A stretch of DNA of 64,000 nt from a virus (IMGVR_UViG_3300042892_004104), one strand, 5' to 3'; numbered from the stretch's first letter, positions 1 through 9,167 are shown. The notes: a model not told the origin generated them from the sequence alone. Made by a program: numbers and translations.

Positions 1-39
1 GAGTTAAAGTAAAAATTACAAAGAAACAAAAAGATTATT

Positions 40-126
40 GCGAGTATGGTGAAATAGGTAGACACAAGAGACTTAAAATCTCTCGCTCGCAAGGGCATGC
101 CGGTTCAATTCCGGCTACTCGTACCA
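40..126 (+). tRNA. tRNA-Leu (anticodon TAA), class II with long variable arm, CCA encoded
   Basis: Acceptor gcgagta/tactcgt, anticodon stem agaga/tctct with loop cttaaaa, T-arm gccgg-ttcaatt-ccggc, ends ACCA. Confidence 0.8.
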
Positions 127-142
127 CAACAAAAGGAACATT

Positions 143-388
143 ATGAGCACAATTAAAAAACTGCAAGTGGAATTTGCCCCCGGAGCGTTTGACACCTTTG
201 AAGGCACCCAAGAAGAACTAGACCAGCTGATGGCAGAGATTACTGATACATTTAGCAACATGACAACTGAAGATTTTGAGTCCCAGAATATTATGACCTT
301 GGACGAAAACAACTTGACCGAAGCAGAGTGGGATCTATTAGATGCAGAAGATGCATTGTTTCTCAGCCGCGGCCAATATCTACAATGA
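143..388 (+). CDS. small acidic hypothetical protein (81 aa)
   Basis: ORF in track; D/E-rich; directly after the tRNA. Confidence 0.5.
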   Translation: MSTIKKLQVEFAPGAFDTFEGTQEELDQLMAEITDTFSNMTTEDFESQNIMTLDENNLTEAEWDLLDAEDALFLSRGQYLQ

Positions 389-402
389 TCAGTTAAAAAA
401 AC

Positions 403-1575
403 GTGAAAAATTACTGGCCCGCCTACCAAGACATTGAGCTGGCCAGCACAGCCTTGAAGTGGGGCTACTACATACCCGGACTAATCGGTCAATACAGACC
501 TGACATTGAACTGATTGAAATCAGACTGGATTTTAAAAAAAACACTGATTGTTACGGCAATGTCAAACACCATCATCGGGACGTGGACTACAGTGACTTG
601 TCTGGCCAAATTGAATCGGCGCTTGCGTCAGGCAAAAAAGTTGGACTGTTGGTAGAAGATGAGCATGTGTACTATGAAAAAAATCATCAGTTAACTGCAA
701 TAGTGAATCGCTACCAAGACCATGCGGTGTATTGGCTAACACAATACGATTCAAAAAGAATCAAGTTGATATATCAGGATCAGCACGGACTTGAATGCAA
801 AATACTAGAATTGCCTTGGTTGATCTTGAATGAATGCTTGGTGTACAACTACATCAAACGCGTTCGGATACCTACTATAATTTTGTCACGGCGACATTAT
901 CAAGATCCCACTAGTAATTTTTTCACCGTGACCGGCAAGTACGAACCTTTTAGGAAGCAACTGCTGGAAGCCCTGGTAGATCATGGTCTAGATCAATACG
1001 GACTGCTTACTGTGCCCAAAGATTCGCACGACTGGTATCACTCGGACAAATATCAAATTGGTCAACAGGTGCAGATCGAATCGCATGCCCCGTATGGCAC
1101 ACCGCCCAGGAGAGATCATGACAAAATGGCTGCACAATTTTTTGAGAACAATGTGTGGCTCAGCTGCAATACGCAAAACTTTCTTCACCTGGAAAGAACC
1201 TACATAAACTATCCTCTGGCCATCATACCCGAAACTACTATGACCAATTTTTTTGCCACTGAAAAAAGCGTGTGGCCTGCGCTGCTGGGCAAGATGTTTT
1301 TGATTCTAGGGCCTGCAGGATGCATGAGCTACATTCAGCGATTCTACGATGTTGACCTGTCACAATTTATGAATCTTGATTTTGATCAAATAGATCCATT
1401 GACACATGAACATTTTTCTGAAAAAATAAATTGTATGTTGAGTCAAAATCGAGATTTTGTTGTTAACGCCAAACAGATACATGCACAGTACCGGGATCAA
1501 TTTCAAGCAGCGCAAAACACCATTGGACCAAACATCTACAAGTTTGTGCTGGCACAATTGGATCTGATTCAATAG
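403..1575 (+). CDS. hypothetical protein (390 aa, GTG start)
   Basis: Long uninterrupted ORF; no recognisable motif. Confidence 0.6.
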   Translation: MKNYWPAYQDIELASTALKWGYYIPGLIGQYRPDIELIEIRLDFKKNTDCYGNVKHHHRDVDYSDLSGQIESALASGKKVGLLVEDEHVYYEKNHQLTAIVNRYQDHAVYWLTQYDSKRIKLIYQDQHGLECKILELPWLILNECLVYNYIKRVRIPTIILSRRHYQDPTSNFFTVTGKYEPFRKQLLEALVDHGLDQYGLLTVPKDSHDWYHSDKYQIGQQVQIESHAPYGTPPRRDHDKMAAQFFENNVWLSCNTQNFLHLERTYINYPLAIIPETTMTNFFATEKSVWPALLGKMFLILGPAGCMSYIQRFYDVDLSQFMNLDFDQIDPLTHEHFSEKINCMLSQNRDFVVNAKQIHAQYRDQFQAAQNTIGPNIYKFVLAQLDLIQ

Positions 1576-1684
1576 ACTCAAACCCACTTGACAGCATACG
1601 AGAATAAATATATACTGCAAGTTAAGACTGTATGAAGTAGATAGAAAAGGATTCTGGACGCGGGTCCTTTTAAGCGGCATCGAA

Positions 1685-2482
1685 GTGTCGTCTGACATAA
1701 ATACACTTATGTATTACTATGTCTATCAAATAACAAACTTGTTGAACGACAAAATCTATGTCGGGAAACATAAATCTGCCAAACACCCTTCTGAAAACGA
1801 ATATTACGGCTCTGGGAAACAAATAACAGCCGCTATTAAAAAATACGGTATAGAAAACTTCAAGAAAGAAGTCTTATACTACTGCTCGTCATTGGAAGAA
1901 ATGGCAGACAAAGAAGCAGAAGTGGTCACTGAAGATTTTGTAAAAAGACCCAACACTTACAATATGCACAAAGGTGGTACAGGAGGATGGGATCACTACA
2001 ACGGTAGCAAAGAACACAGTGCTAATTCACGCAAAGGCGGCGTAAAAGGCGCAAAACGATTGAACGATTTTATAGCAGAGCAAAAGTTCAACGACACAGA
2101 GTGGTGGCAAAATTGGCACAGCAAAGTAGTAGAATCCAACAGATCTAAAAATAATAATAGCTGGTTGAACATTTCTGAAGATGAAATGCAAAGAAGAAAA
2201 AAACAACAGAGTGAAAATGCGGTAGGCAATAAGAATAGTCAGTATGGCAAGATTTGGATTTCAAATATATTGACAAAAGAAGTAAAACGCATTACAATAA
2301 ATGATACTATTCCACAAGGATGGGCAAGGGGCAAGAAAGGCCATGCTCCTACCAAACTTTGGGTAAATAATGGTGTTAAGGAGCATTATATCTTACTTGA
2401 AAAACAGCAAGAATATGTCCTTAAAGGTTTTAGTAGTGGCAGACTTAAATCAAGTATGTCGCGAACGAGTATGGTAGTTTAA
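1685..2482 (+). CDS. GIY-YIG homing endonuclease (alternative ATG start at 1709)
   Basis: N-terminal YVYQITNLLNDKIYVGKH...YYGSGK is a GIY-YIG motif; basic C-terminal half resembles NUMOD DNA-binding regions. Confidence 0.8.
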   Translation: MSSDINTLMYYYVYQITNLLNDKIYVGKHKSAKHPSENEYYGSGKQITAAIKKYGIENFKKEVLYYCSSLEEMADKEAEVVTEDFVKRPNTYNMHKGGTGGWDHYNGSKEHSANSRKGGVKGAKRLNDFIAEQKFNDTEWWQNWHSKVVESNRSKNNNSWLNISEDEMQRRKKQQSENAVGNKNSQYGKIWISNILTKEVKRITINDTIPQGWARGKKGHAPTKLWVNNGVKEHYILLEKQQEYVLKGFSSGRLKSSMSRTSMVV

Positions 2483-2803
2483 CGCTTTGATAGAAAGAAG
2501 TTCTGGACCCGGCTAGCATTATGCCGGCAGGTCCACCATAAACATTTTGTAACCATCGAAAGATGAGTCAAATACCATAAGGTTAGAATAAAAACGGCTC
2601 TAACTACAAAATGTTTTTGATGGGCTTGAAAAGATTCGACAGGGCAACAAGTATTGACAAGATCTACTCGGCAATGTAGAAGCCGTTAGGGTTGGAGTAT
2701 TTCGGCCGTAGACACAAAAAAAGTAAAAGCAAACGACTCACAGTTCGCATTGGCTGCTTGAAAAAGCAATCTAGGGTAAGACATACCTCGTAACAGAAAC
2801 TCA

Positions 2804-2829
2804 GAACCCGCTTTGGCGGGTTTCTTTTA
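2804..2829 (+). terminator. rho-independent terminator
   Basis: aacccgc-tttg-gcgggtt followed by tcttttaaa. Confidence 0.6.
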
Positions 2830-2851
2830 AATACAAAAACAGAATGAGATA

Positions 2852-3541
2852 ATGAACAAACCAATTATGTTCTTGGGAAGCGGCCAGCAAATTACAGAAT
2901 TTGCAGAGACTTGCGATCTTAATGGGCAAAGTGTTGCAGGAATCGTCGATAGTGACTACTACGGCAATACCACAGACTATCAGGGCATACCTTATGTTGG
3001 TAGAGAAGATGATTTTGATTTTTCTGATGCTGCTGACAAGTATGATTTTTTCATTGGGTCAACGGCAGTTGCTGGAATGCCTCGCACTATACAACGCCGC
3101 AGACAATTTGTCGATCTAGTTGATCAATTGAATTTGCCATGTGCAAATATTATTGATCCTCAATGCAGAATCAGTCCCGGGGCCAAGTTAGGCAAAGGAG
3201 TATACATTGGATATTCGTCCTGGATTTCTCACCAGGTTGTGATTCACGATCACTGTATAATGCATTCATTGGCAGGATTAGGACACGGTTGTGTGATAGG
3301 AAAAAATACTACGTTCCAAAGAGCTAGTACTGCAGGTAGTAACGTGACATTTGGAGAAAATGTTATTGCTTTAATAGGTTCAAGATTTTTAGGATTTCCA
3401 TCTATGAGCGTAGGAAACAATGCAATTATATATCCCGGAATGGTAGTAATGCGAGATGTTGCCGCCGAAGAAATAGTTAAATTCAGTAGTAGAAAAATTT
3501 ACTCAGGACTTGCGGAACAAGTCCCAACACAAGAGACTTAG
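2852..3541 (+). CDS. hexapeptide-repeat sugar O-acyltransferase (NeuD/PglD-like)
   Basis: N-terminal Rossmann-like MFLGSGQQ, C-terminal left-handed beta-helix repeats (VIHDHCIMHSLAGLGHGCVIGKNTTF...). Confidence 0.5.
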   Translation: MNKPIMFLGSGQQITEFAETCDLNGQSVAGIVDSDYYGNTTDYQGIPYVGREDDFDFSDAADKYDFFIGSTAVAGMPRTIQRRRQFVDLVDQLNLPCANIIDPQCRISPGAKLGKGVYIGYSSWISHQVVIHDHCIMHSLAGLGHGCVIGKNTTFQRASTAGSNVTFGENVIALIGSRFLGFPSMSVGNNAIIYPGMVVMRDVAAEEIVKFSSRKIYSGLAEQVPTQET

Positions 3542-3558
3542 AATCTCTTGCTTGCACC

Positions 3559-4137
3559 ATGAAAGAACATATGATTTCTAGCAGTCCAGATCGTTACACT
3601 TTCCAGAAAGACAAGTACATTGAGCGTCGTCTTGAAGAAGGTCGCGATCTTGATGATCCCAATGTACAGGCCGTGATCCAACTCTATGATGATGCACGGG
3701 CCCAGGCTGATCAACATGCCCAGGATCCCGAGTGGCAAAAACACAACCTGGAGTTTGATCTGCGTACCGCAGACTGGATGGTTGCCAAGGTTCAAGAAAG
3801 CAGAGTGTACGCTCAAAATCTCTATGCTGCCTTGTGCAACAACCAGTTCCAGAAACAAGAAGTATGGCCCATACTGAAAGATCAGGTCTGGTCATGTTCG
3901 TGGCGCTATGCTGGCGGCATTGTGGCTGACATGCGTGGCGAGGGTGACTACATTGACTGGTACTGTAGCGGCATCAAGGGCTATGAAGCCAGCCAGGAAC
4001 AATCTGAGTGGAACATGCTGACTCCAGAGCAGCAGATGGCCCACAAGGAAAGCACAGCGTTTGTGAGCGAAAGCACAGTGACTGATGATGTCCGTGAAGA
4101 CCTGGCTCGTCTGGGTTGGTCTGTGATTCCAGAATAA
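3559..4137 (+). CDS. hypothetical protein (192 aa)
   Basis: ORF with terminator downstream. Confidence 0.6.
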   Translation: MKEHMISSSPDRYTFQKDKYIERRLEEGRDLDDPNVQAVIQLYDDARAQADQHAQDPEWQKHNLEFDLRTADWMVAKVQESRVYAQNLYAALCNNQFQKQEVWPILKDQVWSCSWRYAGGIVADMRGEGDYIDWYCSGIKGYEASQEQSEWNMLTPEQQMAHKESTAFVSESTVTDDVREDLARLGWSVIPE

Positions 4138-4164
4138 AAACTGCCACAAATTTTGCCAAAATAG

Positions 4165-4193
4165 TTGACTTTTGTCGCAAAGGCATATATACT
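4165..4193 (+). promoter_or_regulatory. sigma70-like promoter TTGACT-17-TATACT
   Basis: Spacing and hexamers read directly. Confidence 0.5.
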
Positions 4194-4310
4194 ACACTAT
4201 GATGATGCAAACTGTACTCACACTCAATCTAATACCAACCAGCCCAGAGCTGGCCTATGAGAGCGATTGTCTTCAGGGTCTTTGCCGGTGTAGTTAACAA
4301 AAGTACTGCA

Positions 4311-4335
4311 TTCACAAAGACCCGCTAACTAGGCG
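4311..4335 (+). terminator. rho-independent terminator
   Basis: cccgc-taactag-gcggg followed by ttttttt. Confidence 0.65.
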
Positions 4336-4344
4336 GGTTTTTTT

Positions 4345-4373
4345 ATGGCGCTGGTAGACACAAAATCGCACCA
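4345..4373 (+). promoter_or_regulatory. sigma70-like promoter TAGACA-17-TATAAT
   Basis: Hexamers and 17-nt spacer upstream of the tRNA cluster. Confidence 0.5.
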
Positions 4374-4607
4374 GTGCTATAATACACACATAACAGCAGC
4401 AAACGATCGAGTAGCTGAGTAGAATTCTTTAAAAATTTACTGATATTTTTTCTTGCTACGGCAAGAAATTATATTGAAACACATTTTCAATCTGAATTGA
4501 CAGATACAAACAACCAAGGGGATCCGCTGGACTTGAGCCAGGTGCATTCTGAATTGACAGAAATAAGGTTGTAAGGAGAGCCGAGTGTGTTTCAATATAA
4601 CAAATTT

Positions 4608-4682
4608 GGAGCATTCGTCTATCGGTTAGGACAGTGGGTTTTCAGTCCACTAAGAGCGGTTCGACTCCGCTATGCTCTACCA
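4608..4682 (+). tRNA. tRNA-Glu (TTC)
   Basis: Acceptor ggagcat/atgctct, D stem gtct/ggac, anticodon loop ttttcag, T-arm agcgg-ttcgact-ccgct, CCA. Confidence 0.75.
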
Positions 4683-4684
4683 AA

Positions 4685-4783
4685 GTTTTGCACCTGGCGT
4701 AATGGAAGCGTTACAGGTTAGTATCGAAAGATATACCCGAGAGGCGATGCGGGGGGTGCAGGGTTCGATTCCCTGCGGTGCAA
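4685..4783 (+). tRNA. atypical tRNA-like element (~94 nt); canonical T-arm caggg-ttcgatt-ccctg but no clean cloverleaf; contains a GAAA-tetraloop hairpin
   Basis: T-arm and spacing in a tRNA row; acceptor tgcacct/cggtgca has one mismatch; isotype undetermined. Confidence 0.3.
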
Positions 4784-4792
4784 TCAAGTTTA

Positions 4793-4878
4793 GGACAGTT
4801 GGCCGAGTGGTTGAAGGCGACGGACTGTAAATCCGTTCTGTAAAAAGCGCAGTGGTTCAAATCCATTACTGTCCACCA
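4793..4878 (+). tRNA. tRNA-Tyr (GTA), long variable arm
   Basis: Acceptor ggacagt/actgtcc, anticodon stem acgga/tccgt with loop ctgtaaa, T-arm ttcaaat, ACCA. Confidence 0.8.
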
Positions 4879-4884
4879 AATTTA

Positions 4885-4959
4885 GGTGCGTTCATATAAC
4901 GGTCATTATCCTGGATTGTCTATCCAGAGACGGGAGTTCGACTCTCCCACGCATCGCCA
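4885..4959 (+). tRNA. tRNA-Asp (GTC)
   Basis: Acceptor ggtgcgt/acgcatc, anticodon stem ctgga/tccag with loop ttgtcta, T-arm gggag-ttcgact-ctccc, GCCA. Confidence 0.7.
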
Positions 4960-4966
4960 AGTTTTT

Positions 4967-5043
4967 GCCCCGGTGACGGAATTGGTATACGTGTTGGTCT
5001 TAGAAACCAAATTTTAGGAGTTCGAGTCTCCTCTGGGGCACCA
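4967..5043 (+). tRNA. class I tRNA with anticodon TAG (a Leu CUA-reading anticodon but a short variable arm)
   Basis: Acceptor gccccgg/ctggggc, anticodon stem ttggt/accaa with loop cttagaa, T-arm aggag-ttcgagt-ctcct, ACCA. Confidence 0.6.
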
Positions 5044-5099
5044 AGTTTAAGAGTTCGTCTAGAAACCGGTAAATTGTAGTTTGGTCTACAAGCTCTTGA

Positions 5100-5190
5100 T
5101 TAGTTTATGGCGTTATAGGATGTAACGGGGTGCGGTTTGCCTCAACCTTGAATGATCTTCAAGGTTTTCTTGCGTGGGTTCGAATCCCAC
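5100..5190 (+). tRNA. degenerate or atypical tRNA-like element (T-arm gtggg-ttcgaat-cccac, 3' ...gatgcccca)
   Basis: Perfect T-arm and the CCA-AGTT spacer convention, but I could not pair a 5' acceptor; possibly a pseudo-tRNA. Confidence 0.25.
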
Positions 5191-5273
5191 ATGATGCCCC
5201 AAGTTATGCAGTTTTTGTCTGGAGTAATATTCCTGGACACGGATAAAAACAGAAATGTTCTGCGCCAAGTTAT

Positions 5274-5343
5274 GCCCTGGACTGTGTTGCGAGTCAGATT
5301 TGAAGCTGAACGTAGACAGGTTCAATTCCTGTTAGGGGCGCCA
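5274..5343 (+). tRNA. short tRNA-like element (T-arm acagg-ttcaatt-cctgt, ...taggggcgcca)
   Basis: T-arm plus GCCA end and conserved downstream AGTT spacer; only 70 nt, D and anticodon arms not canonical. Confidence 0.25.
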
Positions 5344-5741
5344 AGTTTTGTTAGAGTGTTAGCAAGAGAAAGTCACGCTGTCTAGGTTTCTTCGAAGAAC
5401 CAAAGCAGTAGAAGGTGATGGGTTCGACACCCACCCTGCGGGGAACTGCAGGGGTCCATTGAGGCGACTAAACTGGACCGGTATCCCAAGTAACTTACCG
5501 ACTCCCGCTCGAGCTTGTTAATTCGGGTGAATGGCAGCAATAACGTGGTGCTGCTACTTTAACAAATTCAATATTTTATTTTTATAGTCAAGCATCAATA
5601 AAGGTATCGTGACGGGACGCTGTCACTATGCGGGCCTAACTGTGCGAGGAACAGGTCCTGATAAAACTGCTATTCGCTTGTCAGAGGAAGCACCTTTGTT
5701 GACAAATTGGCATCTCTTGATGCTTGACTATAAAAATTTTT

Positions 5742-5831
5742 GCCAGCGAGACTTGGAGTCCGAGGGGTCTTATATGCCCTTTCCGCCAGATTAGCGGCTT
5801 TGAGAGAGTTCGATTCTCTCCGCTGGTACCA
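5742..5831 (+). tRNA. class II tRNA-like (long variable arm ccgcc-agatta-gcgg); inferred anticodon TAT with low certainty
   Basis: Acceptor gccagcg/cgctggt perfect 7 bp, T-arm gagag-ttcgatt-ctctc, ACCA; D arm unclear. Confidence 0.4.
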
Positions 5832-5870
5832 GTTAAACTGACACAAACAAATTTAGTGTTAAATACTGCC

Positions 5871-6995
5871 ATGACAAACAAATACTGTGCCTTGCCATTT
5901 AACCATGTAAATGTTAATCCTCGAGGCGACTATCAAATTTGTTGTAAACATCCTGTCCCTGCTGAACATAGAAAAAATATCAAATTTATTTCTCACTTGG
6001 AGTGGCAGAACAATCAATACCTTAAGGAAGTACAAACAAGTTTTGAACAAGGACTAGAACATCCTGGTTGCAACGCATGTTGGAAACTTGAAGATGTAAA
6101 CGTATCAAGCCTTAGGCAAGTTCAGGCACAAGAATACCAAATTTTAGGGGCGAAACCTTTTCAGCAAAAATTGTTAAGCGTAGAACTTGCTGTAGGGAAT
6201 CTTTGTAACTTGTCCTGTATCATGTGTGACGAAGAATCAAGCAGTGCTATTCTGTCAGAGAATCGACGATTGAATGTTTCTACAAGTGATCAACAAGATT
6301 TCACCTGGCCCGACACTGCGTTTGATCATCTTGAACAGATATTAGCAACTGTTCCTAGAGTGGTCAATTTGCGTGGCGGTGAGCCAATGTACAATAAAAA
6401 AATATTGGACATTATAAACAAGTTCTCTGACCAACACCTGAATTTAACAATGTTACATCTTTCAACAAATGCAACACGTTGGTCTCCAGAATGGGAAGCC
6501 GCACTAAAAAAGTTTCAACTGGTGAGAATCATGCTGAGTGTTGATGCAGTTGGATCCTTGTTTGAATACATTCGCTATCCAGCTGACTTTTGCCAGGTTG
6601 AAGAAAATATCAAAAAAATAGTCAGCAACAGCAATATCAACCCAGTTATACATGCAACAGTACAGAATCTAAATATTCTAAGTATAGGCAAATTGGTGCA
6701 ATGGGCACATGACATAAACATTCATTTAATGATGGATTTATTGGTCTATCCCAAGCATTTACGAATTACCAACTTGCCAGATCATTTGAAAAAACAAGCA
6801 ATTGATCATCTAGAACAAACACTTGATCTTGAGCTTGATTTGCATATTCGAAATTCACTAACTCAATACAAGAATGTTTTAAAAAGCGCTCTTGAACGTC
6901 CAATGGACCATGGGATGTGGCAATTTTTTGTAGACTGGACTTCTCTTAGAGATCATGCACGAGCAAACTCTCACAAAGAATTTTTAAAATATTGA
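5871..6995 (+). CDS. radical SAM enzyme, displaced paralog of the 46-55 kb array (start adjusted from the track's 5724 to the ATG at 5871)
   Basis: N-terminal YCALPFNHVNVNPRGDYQICC motif plus CNLSCIMC (CxxxCxxC); upstream track extension overlaps the tRNA-like element. Confidence 0.75.
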   Translation: MTNKYCALPFNHVNVNPRGDYQICCKHPVPAEHRKNIKFISHLEWQNNQYLKEVQTSFEQGLEHPGCNACWKLEDVNVSSLRQVQAQEYQILGAKPFQQKLLSVELAVGNLCNLSCIMCDEESSSAILSENRRLNVSTSDQQDFTWPDTAFDHLEQILATVPRVVNLRGGEPMYNKKILDIINKFSDQHLNLTMLHLSTNATRWSPEWEAALKKFQLVRIMLSVDAVGSLFEYIRYPADFCQVEENIKKIVSNSNINPVIHATVQNLNILSIGKLVQWAHDINIHLMMDLLVYPKHLRITNLPDHLKKQAIDHLEQTLDLELDLHIRNSLTQYKNVLKSALERPMDHGMWQFFVDWTSLRDHARANSHKEFLKY

Positions 6996-7311
6996 TACAA
7001 ATTGTATCACCAAGTTAAGCAGATCATGTGGCGGAAAAACTCATTGACTATGGGCCCGACTGCCAGGGACCACGATTAAATCCTGAACCGCTGACGTTGA
7101 AAAACACGAGACTGCTAGTCACAGTCAACACATGTTCAGGAAGGAAGGGAGTGCAGTCTTGCATTCCGCACCTTTAAACGCAGGACAGTCACATGATCAG
7201 CTTATTCAAATTCAGTTGACAATCATTGTTGTTTGTTGTACATATAAAGGTCGGTTTGATTCCCTCCACTGCAACTAACATATGAATAAATAATTGTGAA
7301 CACCAACACTT

Positions 7312-8088
7312 ATGCTTAAAAAAATACAGGAATTTTACAAAATTTATGGCTATTACCACTGCAAAATGTGGGCGTGGCACTTGTTGATTATTTTATGCTT
7401 AATAGTATTGCCATTTGAATACTTTTTATGGTCCATATTAGTACATCTGATATTGATGCCTATAACGCAAACAATTTCTCATGATTATATCTGTCACGAA
7501 TATATTCAACCCAGAAACAAAGTAATAGAAATTATTTGCTTAATAGTGTTTTACGGATTAGCAGGAAGAAGTATTGATGGCAAAAGAGCATACCACGTAA
7601 GTCATCATAGATTTTGGAAAACACCAGACCTGGACCCTCCACAGCAAAAAATGAAGGAGAGTTCGTTTTGGCAATACGCATTAAATTTTCAAAAGCCAGT
7701 ATCTTACAATTTGCCGTATGTAAAAAGTAACTTGTTCAAAAACAATTCTTTGGTAAAGAAACTAGATAGTCACAGTGAAAAAATATTTTGGATTTTTCAC
7801 GGTTTACTTTTTATTATTTTACCCATTGAATGGTTTGCAGTAATTTCCATATATTACATAGGGTTTGGAACAATTATTGGTGGAATACACGATCAAATAT
7901 TTCATAGATACCACACCGCAACAGACCGATCATGGTATTTGCCAATATTTGGAAATCAGGCGTGGCATATAAAACACCACGAAGAATCTGACAGAATATA
8001 TTATGGACCAGGATTGATCAAATGGGTAAATCCATCGTTGTATATTCATAAAATATTTTTCAAACCCACTGATCATTGTTTAGTTTAA
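7312..8088 (+). CDS. membrane protein of the fatty acid hydroxylase/desaturase (histidine-box) superfamily
   Basis: Three His boxes, HDYICH (HX4H), SHHRFW (HX2HH) and KHHEE (HX2HH), plus hydrophobic segments. Confidence 0.6.
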   Translation: MLKKIQEFYKIYGYYHCKMWAWHLLIILCLIVLPFEYFLWSILVHLILMPITQTISHDYICHEYIQPRNKVIEIICLIVFYGLAGRSIDGKRAYHVSHHRFWKTPDLDPPQQKMKESSFWQYALNFQKPVSYNLPYVKSNLFKNNSLVKKLDSHSEKIFWIFHGLLFIILPIEWFAVISIYYIGFGTIIGGIHDQIFHRYHTATDRSWYLPIFGNQAWHIKHHEESDRIYYGPGLIKWVNPSLYIHKIFFKPTDHCLV

Positions 8089-8248
8089 ACAGCAAACTTG
8101 CAGAGAAATGCAGGTACATTTTGTGTAAGCATGTAATCTCAGTGTTCCACTATTCTAAAACACATTTTGATGCCTTTAAGGTCATAAGGTTGATCGCTTA
8201 TGATACGGTGCGTGATGAGTGTGTTTCACAATAGATAAATAAATTATC

Positions 8249-8323
8249 GCGGGAAGGGTCCGGTCACCGGCAGGGTCTCATAAGCCTTTGCAATCCTTGG
8301 TTCAAATCCAAGTCCCGCAACCA
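8249..8323 (+). tRNA. probable tRNA-Met (CAT); D arm irregular
   Basis: T-arm cttgg-ttcaaat-ccaag, loop ctcataa, AACCA end; acceptor pairing imperfect. Confidence 0.4.
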
Positions 8324-8376
8324 AACACAACATTTTTGCTGTGAGTCATAAATAACTTGCAACAAAAATTCAGTGG

Positions 8377-8405
8377 TTGACAACAATCACTAAATACCTT
8401 ATAAT
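8377..8405 (+). promoter_or_regulatory. consensus sigma70 promoter TTGACA-17-TATAAT
   Basis: Perfect hexamers, 17-nt spacer. Confidence 0.6.
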
Positions 8406-8569
8406 ACAAACATGATGAACAAAAACACTTTCGACCGCATGCATTCCGTACAGACCTTGGCACAGCCCTGGTCACGTGCCTTTGCCTGCGGCAAAAGTAT
8501 TACAGGGAATCACCGGGTCCGAGAAGGAATCAGTTGCGCCTAACAGCAGTAACTCACAAACTTCAAGGA

Positions 8570-8600
8570 CCCTGGAACTAAAAACTCCAGGGTTTTTCTT
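8570..8600 (+). terminator. rho-independent terminator
   Basis: ccctgga-(9 nt)-tccaggg followed by tttttcttt. Confidence 0.55.
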
Positions 8601-8743
8601 TATGTGCAATGAGTAACGAGGACTCAGCCAGCACACTAAACCAGGCAAACGGGCGGACAGGACACATGAACGTGTGGCGATAACACACTAGTAAGACTCC
8701 TGGTCGGGGTATCAACCCCGTCATGTCCAGTAGCAATACTGGG

Positions 8744-8802
8744 CATTCTAAAACGCACTAAGTTGATATGGACTGTGATGTCGCATCTAGTGCGTTTTAG
8801 AA
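8744..8802 (+). repeat. 15-bp perfect inverted repeat hairpin (attctaaaacgcact ... agtgcgttttagaat) immediately 5' of tRNA-Ala
   Basis: Read directly; 29-nt loop. Confidence 0.7.
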
Positions 8803-8807
8803 TGTAT

Positions 8808-8882
8808 GGGCTGTAGGTGTTGTTGGGGGCACACGGGCTTTGCAAGCCTGGAGGAACGGTTCGATCCCGTTACGGTCCACCA
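8808..8882 (+). tRNA. tRNA-Ala (TGC) with G3:U70
   Basis: Acceptor gggctgt/acggtcc with G3-U70, D stem gtgt/gcac, anticodon loop tttgcaa, T-arm aacgg-ttcgatc-ccgtt, ACCA. Confidence 0.75.
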
Positions 8883-8891
8883 TATGTTAAT

Positions 8892-8967
8892 GTATCGCTA
8901 GCTCAATTGGCAGAGTTCTGGTCTCCAAAACCAGCGGTTCGGGGTTCGAATCCCTGGCGGTACGCCA
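8892..8967 (+). tRNA. tRNA-Trp (CCA)
   Basis: Acceptor gtatcgc/gcggtac, anticodon stem ctggt/accag with loop ctccaaa, T-arm ttcgaat, GCCA. Confidence 0.8.
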
Positions 8968-8977
8968 AGTTTTTTGT

Positions 8978-9051
8978 TGGGGGTTAGTGTAGCGGTAACA
9001 CTACAGACTTTGACTCTGTCATCACTGGTTCGATCCCAGTACCCTCTGCCA
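8978..9051 (+). tRNA. tRNA-Gln (TTG), 1-72 mismatch
   Basis: Anticodon stem acaga/tctgt with loop ctttgac, T-arm actgg-ttcgatc-ccagt, GCCA. Confidence 0.65.
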
Positions 9052-9055
9052 ATAT

Positions 9056-9130
9056 TGCCGTGTAGCTCAGAGGAAGAGCAAACGCTTGATAAGCGTTAGG
9101 TCGACATTTCGAAATTGTCCATGGCAACCA
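9056..9130 (+). tRNA. tRNA-Ile (GAT), unusual T-arm
   Basis: Acceptor tgccgtg/catggca, D stem gctc/gagc, anticodon stem aacgc/gcgtt with loop ttgataa, ACCA. Confidence 0.65.
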
Positions 9131-9138
9131 CATATATG

Positions 9139-9167
9139 TTGACACTGTTGGTCAACTGCTATATAAT
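9139..9167 (+). promoter_or_regulatory. consensus sigma70 promoter TTGACA-17-TATAAT inside the tRNA cluster
   Basis: Perfect hexamers and spacing. Confidence 0.6.

Noticed and set aside
4685-4783. tRNA interrupted by a group I intron
   Set aside because: Element is only about 94 nt, far too short for a group I intron; the GAAA tetraloop hairpin is more likely an extended or unusual arm
5152-5385. Track ORFs 5113-5325(-) and 5152-5385(+) inside the first tRNA cluster
   Set aside because: They overlap T-arm-containing tRNA or tRNA-like elements and have no RBS; almost certainly non-coding
5044-5480. Possible phage tmRNA (GGGG start, TTCGAC T-loop, structured about 350 nt)
   Set aside because: No recognisable tag-peptide reading frame with a resume codon or pseudoknot series could be traced; more parsimonious as degenerate tRNA copies
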